A stretch of 26,866 nt of DNA from Vulcanimicrobiota bacterium (GTDB lineage Bacteria; Vulcanimicrobiota; Vulcanimicrobiia; Vulcanimicrobiales; Vulcanimicrobiaceae): assembly GCA_003135555.1 (NCBI GenBank), contig PLCF01000091.1, positions 1 to 26,866 of the forward strand, written 5' to 3'. The position numbers and the translations under genes are program-made. Position 1 is the stretch's first letter; every line of letters starts with the position of its first letter. The notes beneath the pieces were generated by a model, which did not search any database, was not told the DNA's origin, and saw nothing but the letters and a program-made list of their open reading frames with translations. Positions 26,406 through 26,866 of this stretch are shown one piece after another.

Positions 26406-26866
26406 GTGACGCTCGCGCTTCCGGCCGACAATCTGTGGGCGTTCGCGGCCGTCTGGCTGGCGCTCGCAACCGCAGCCGCCTTCCTTGCGCGGCGCGTCGG
26501 GCTGGCCGCCGCGCTGGTTGAGATCTTGCTCGGCGTCCTGGCGGGAAATCTGATCGGCCTGCGGTCGAACGCCTGGGTCGACTTCGTCGCCGGCTTCGGA
26601 AGCATCATGCTAACCTTCCTCGCCGGAGCGGAGATCGAGCCGACCGTCCTGCGCCGGCAGCTGCGGCCGGCCGCCGCGATCGGTGCGATCTCGTTTTTTG
26701 CGCCGTTCCTGGCCGCCATGGCGTACGCGTACTTCGTGATGCACTGGAGCGTTGACGGGTCGAAAATCGCCGGCATCGCGATGTCGACCACTTCCGTCGC
26801 GGTCGTGTACGCGGTGATGGTGGAAACCGGGCTGGCCGGCAAGGACTTCGGGCAGCTGATCCTCGC
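26406..26866 (+). CDS. Cation:proton antiporter (CPA2), 3' truncated by window
   Basis: GTG 26406 gives MTLALPADNLWAFAAVWL...LVEILLG...LTFLAGAEIEP...IAGIAMSTTSVAVVYAVMVETG. Not in the ORF track. Confidence 0.88.
   Translation, partial: MTLALPADNLWAFAAVWLALATAAAFLARRVGLAAALVEILLGVLAGNLIGLRSNAWVDFVAGFGSIMLTFLAGAEIEPTVLRRQLRPAAAIGAISFFAPFLAAMAYAYFVMHWSVDGSKIAGIAMSTTSVAVVYAVMVETGLAGKDFGQLIL

Noticed and set aside
149..26521. Many long Arg/Pro/Ala-rich alternative and antisense ORFs (e.g. 4059-5900, 17318-18859, 22123-24132)
   Set aside because: They overlap well-supported genes, lack motifs and are expected at this GC content.

Overview
High-GC bacterial chromosomal window, mostly housekeeping, transport and metabolic genes. 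In order: DUF92 tail, DHA2 efflux pump, glutaredoxin, TonB-like protein, Ldh_2 oxidoreductase, GlcD-like FAD oxidase, Ig-like lipoprotein, glpK-glpD, arginase, a membrane cNMP-binding protein, AI-2E permease, a BMP/CUT2 ABC importer, class A-like serine hydrolase, ilvE, chrA, a YncE/phosphoesterase and a partial CPA2 antiporter. A lower-GC insert of about 4.1 kb (~9.03-13.16 kb) follows glpD. It has no integrase. It carries a stand-alone AIPR-family gene with a near-consensus promoter and a structured leader, a frameshifted single-TM gene, decayed sequence and an orphan multi-TM gene; I read it as a candidate anti-phage island. Right after it is a host-like nucleotidyltransferase-fold gene whose catalytic Asp residues appear replaced by Cys, preceded by an SD/anti-SD/anti-anti-SD leader. 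All family calls come from motif recognition by eye; no database searches were run.
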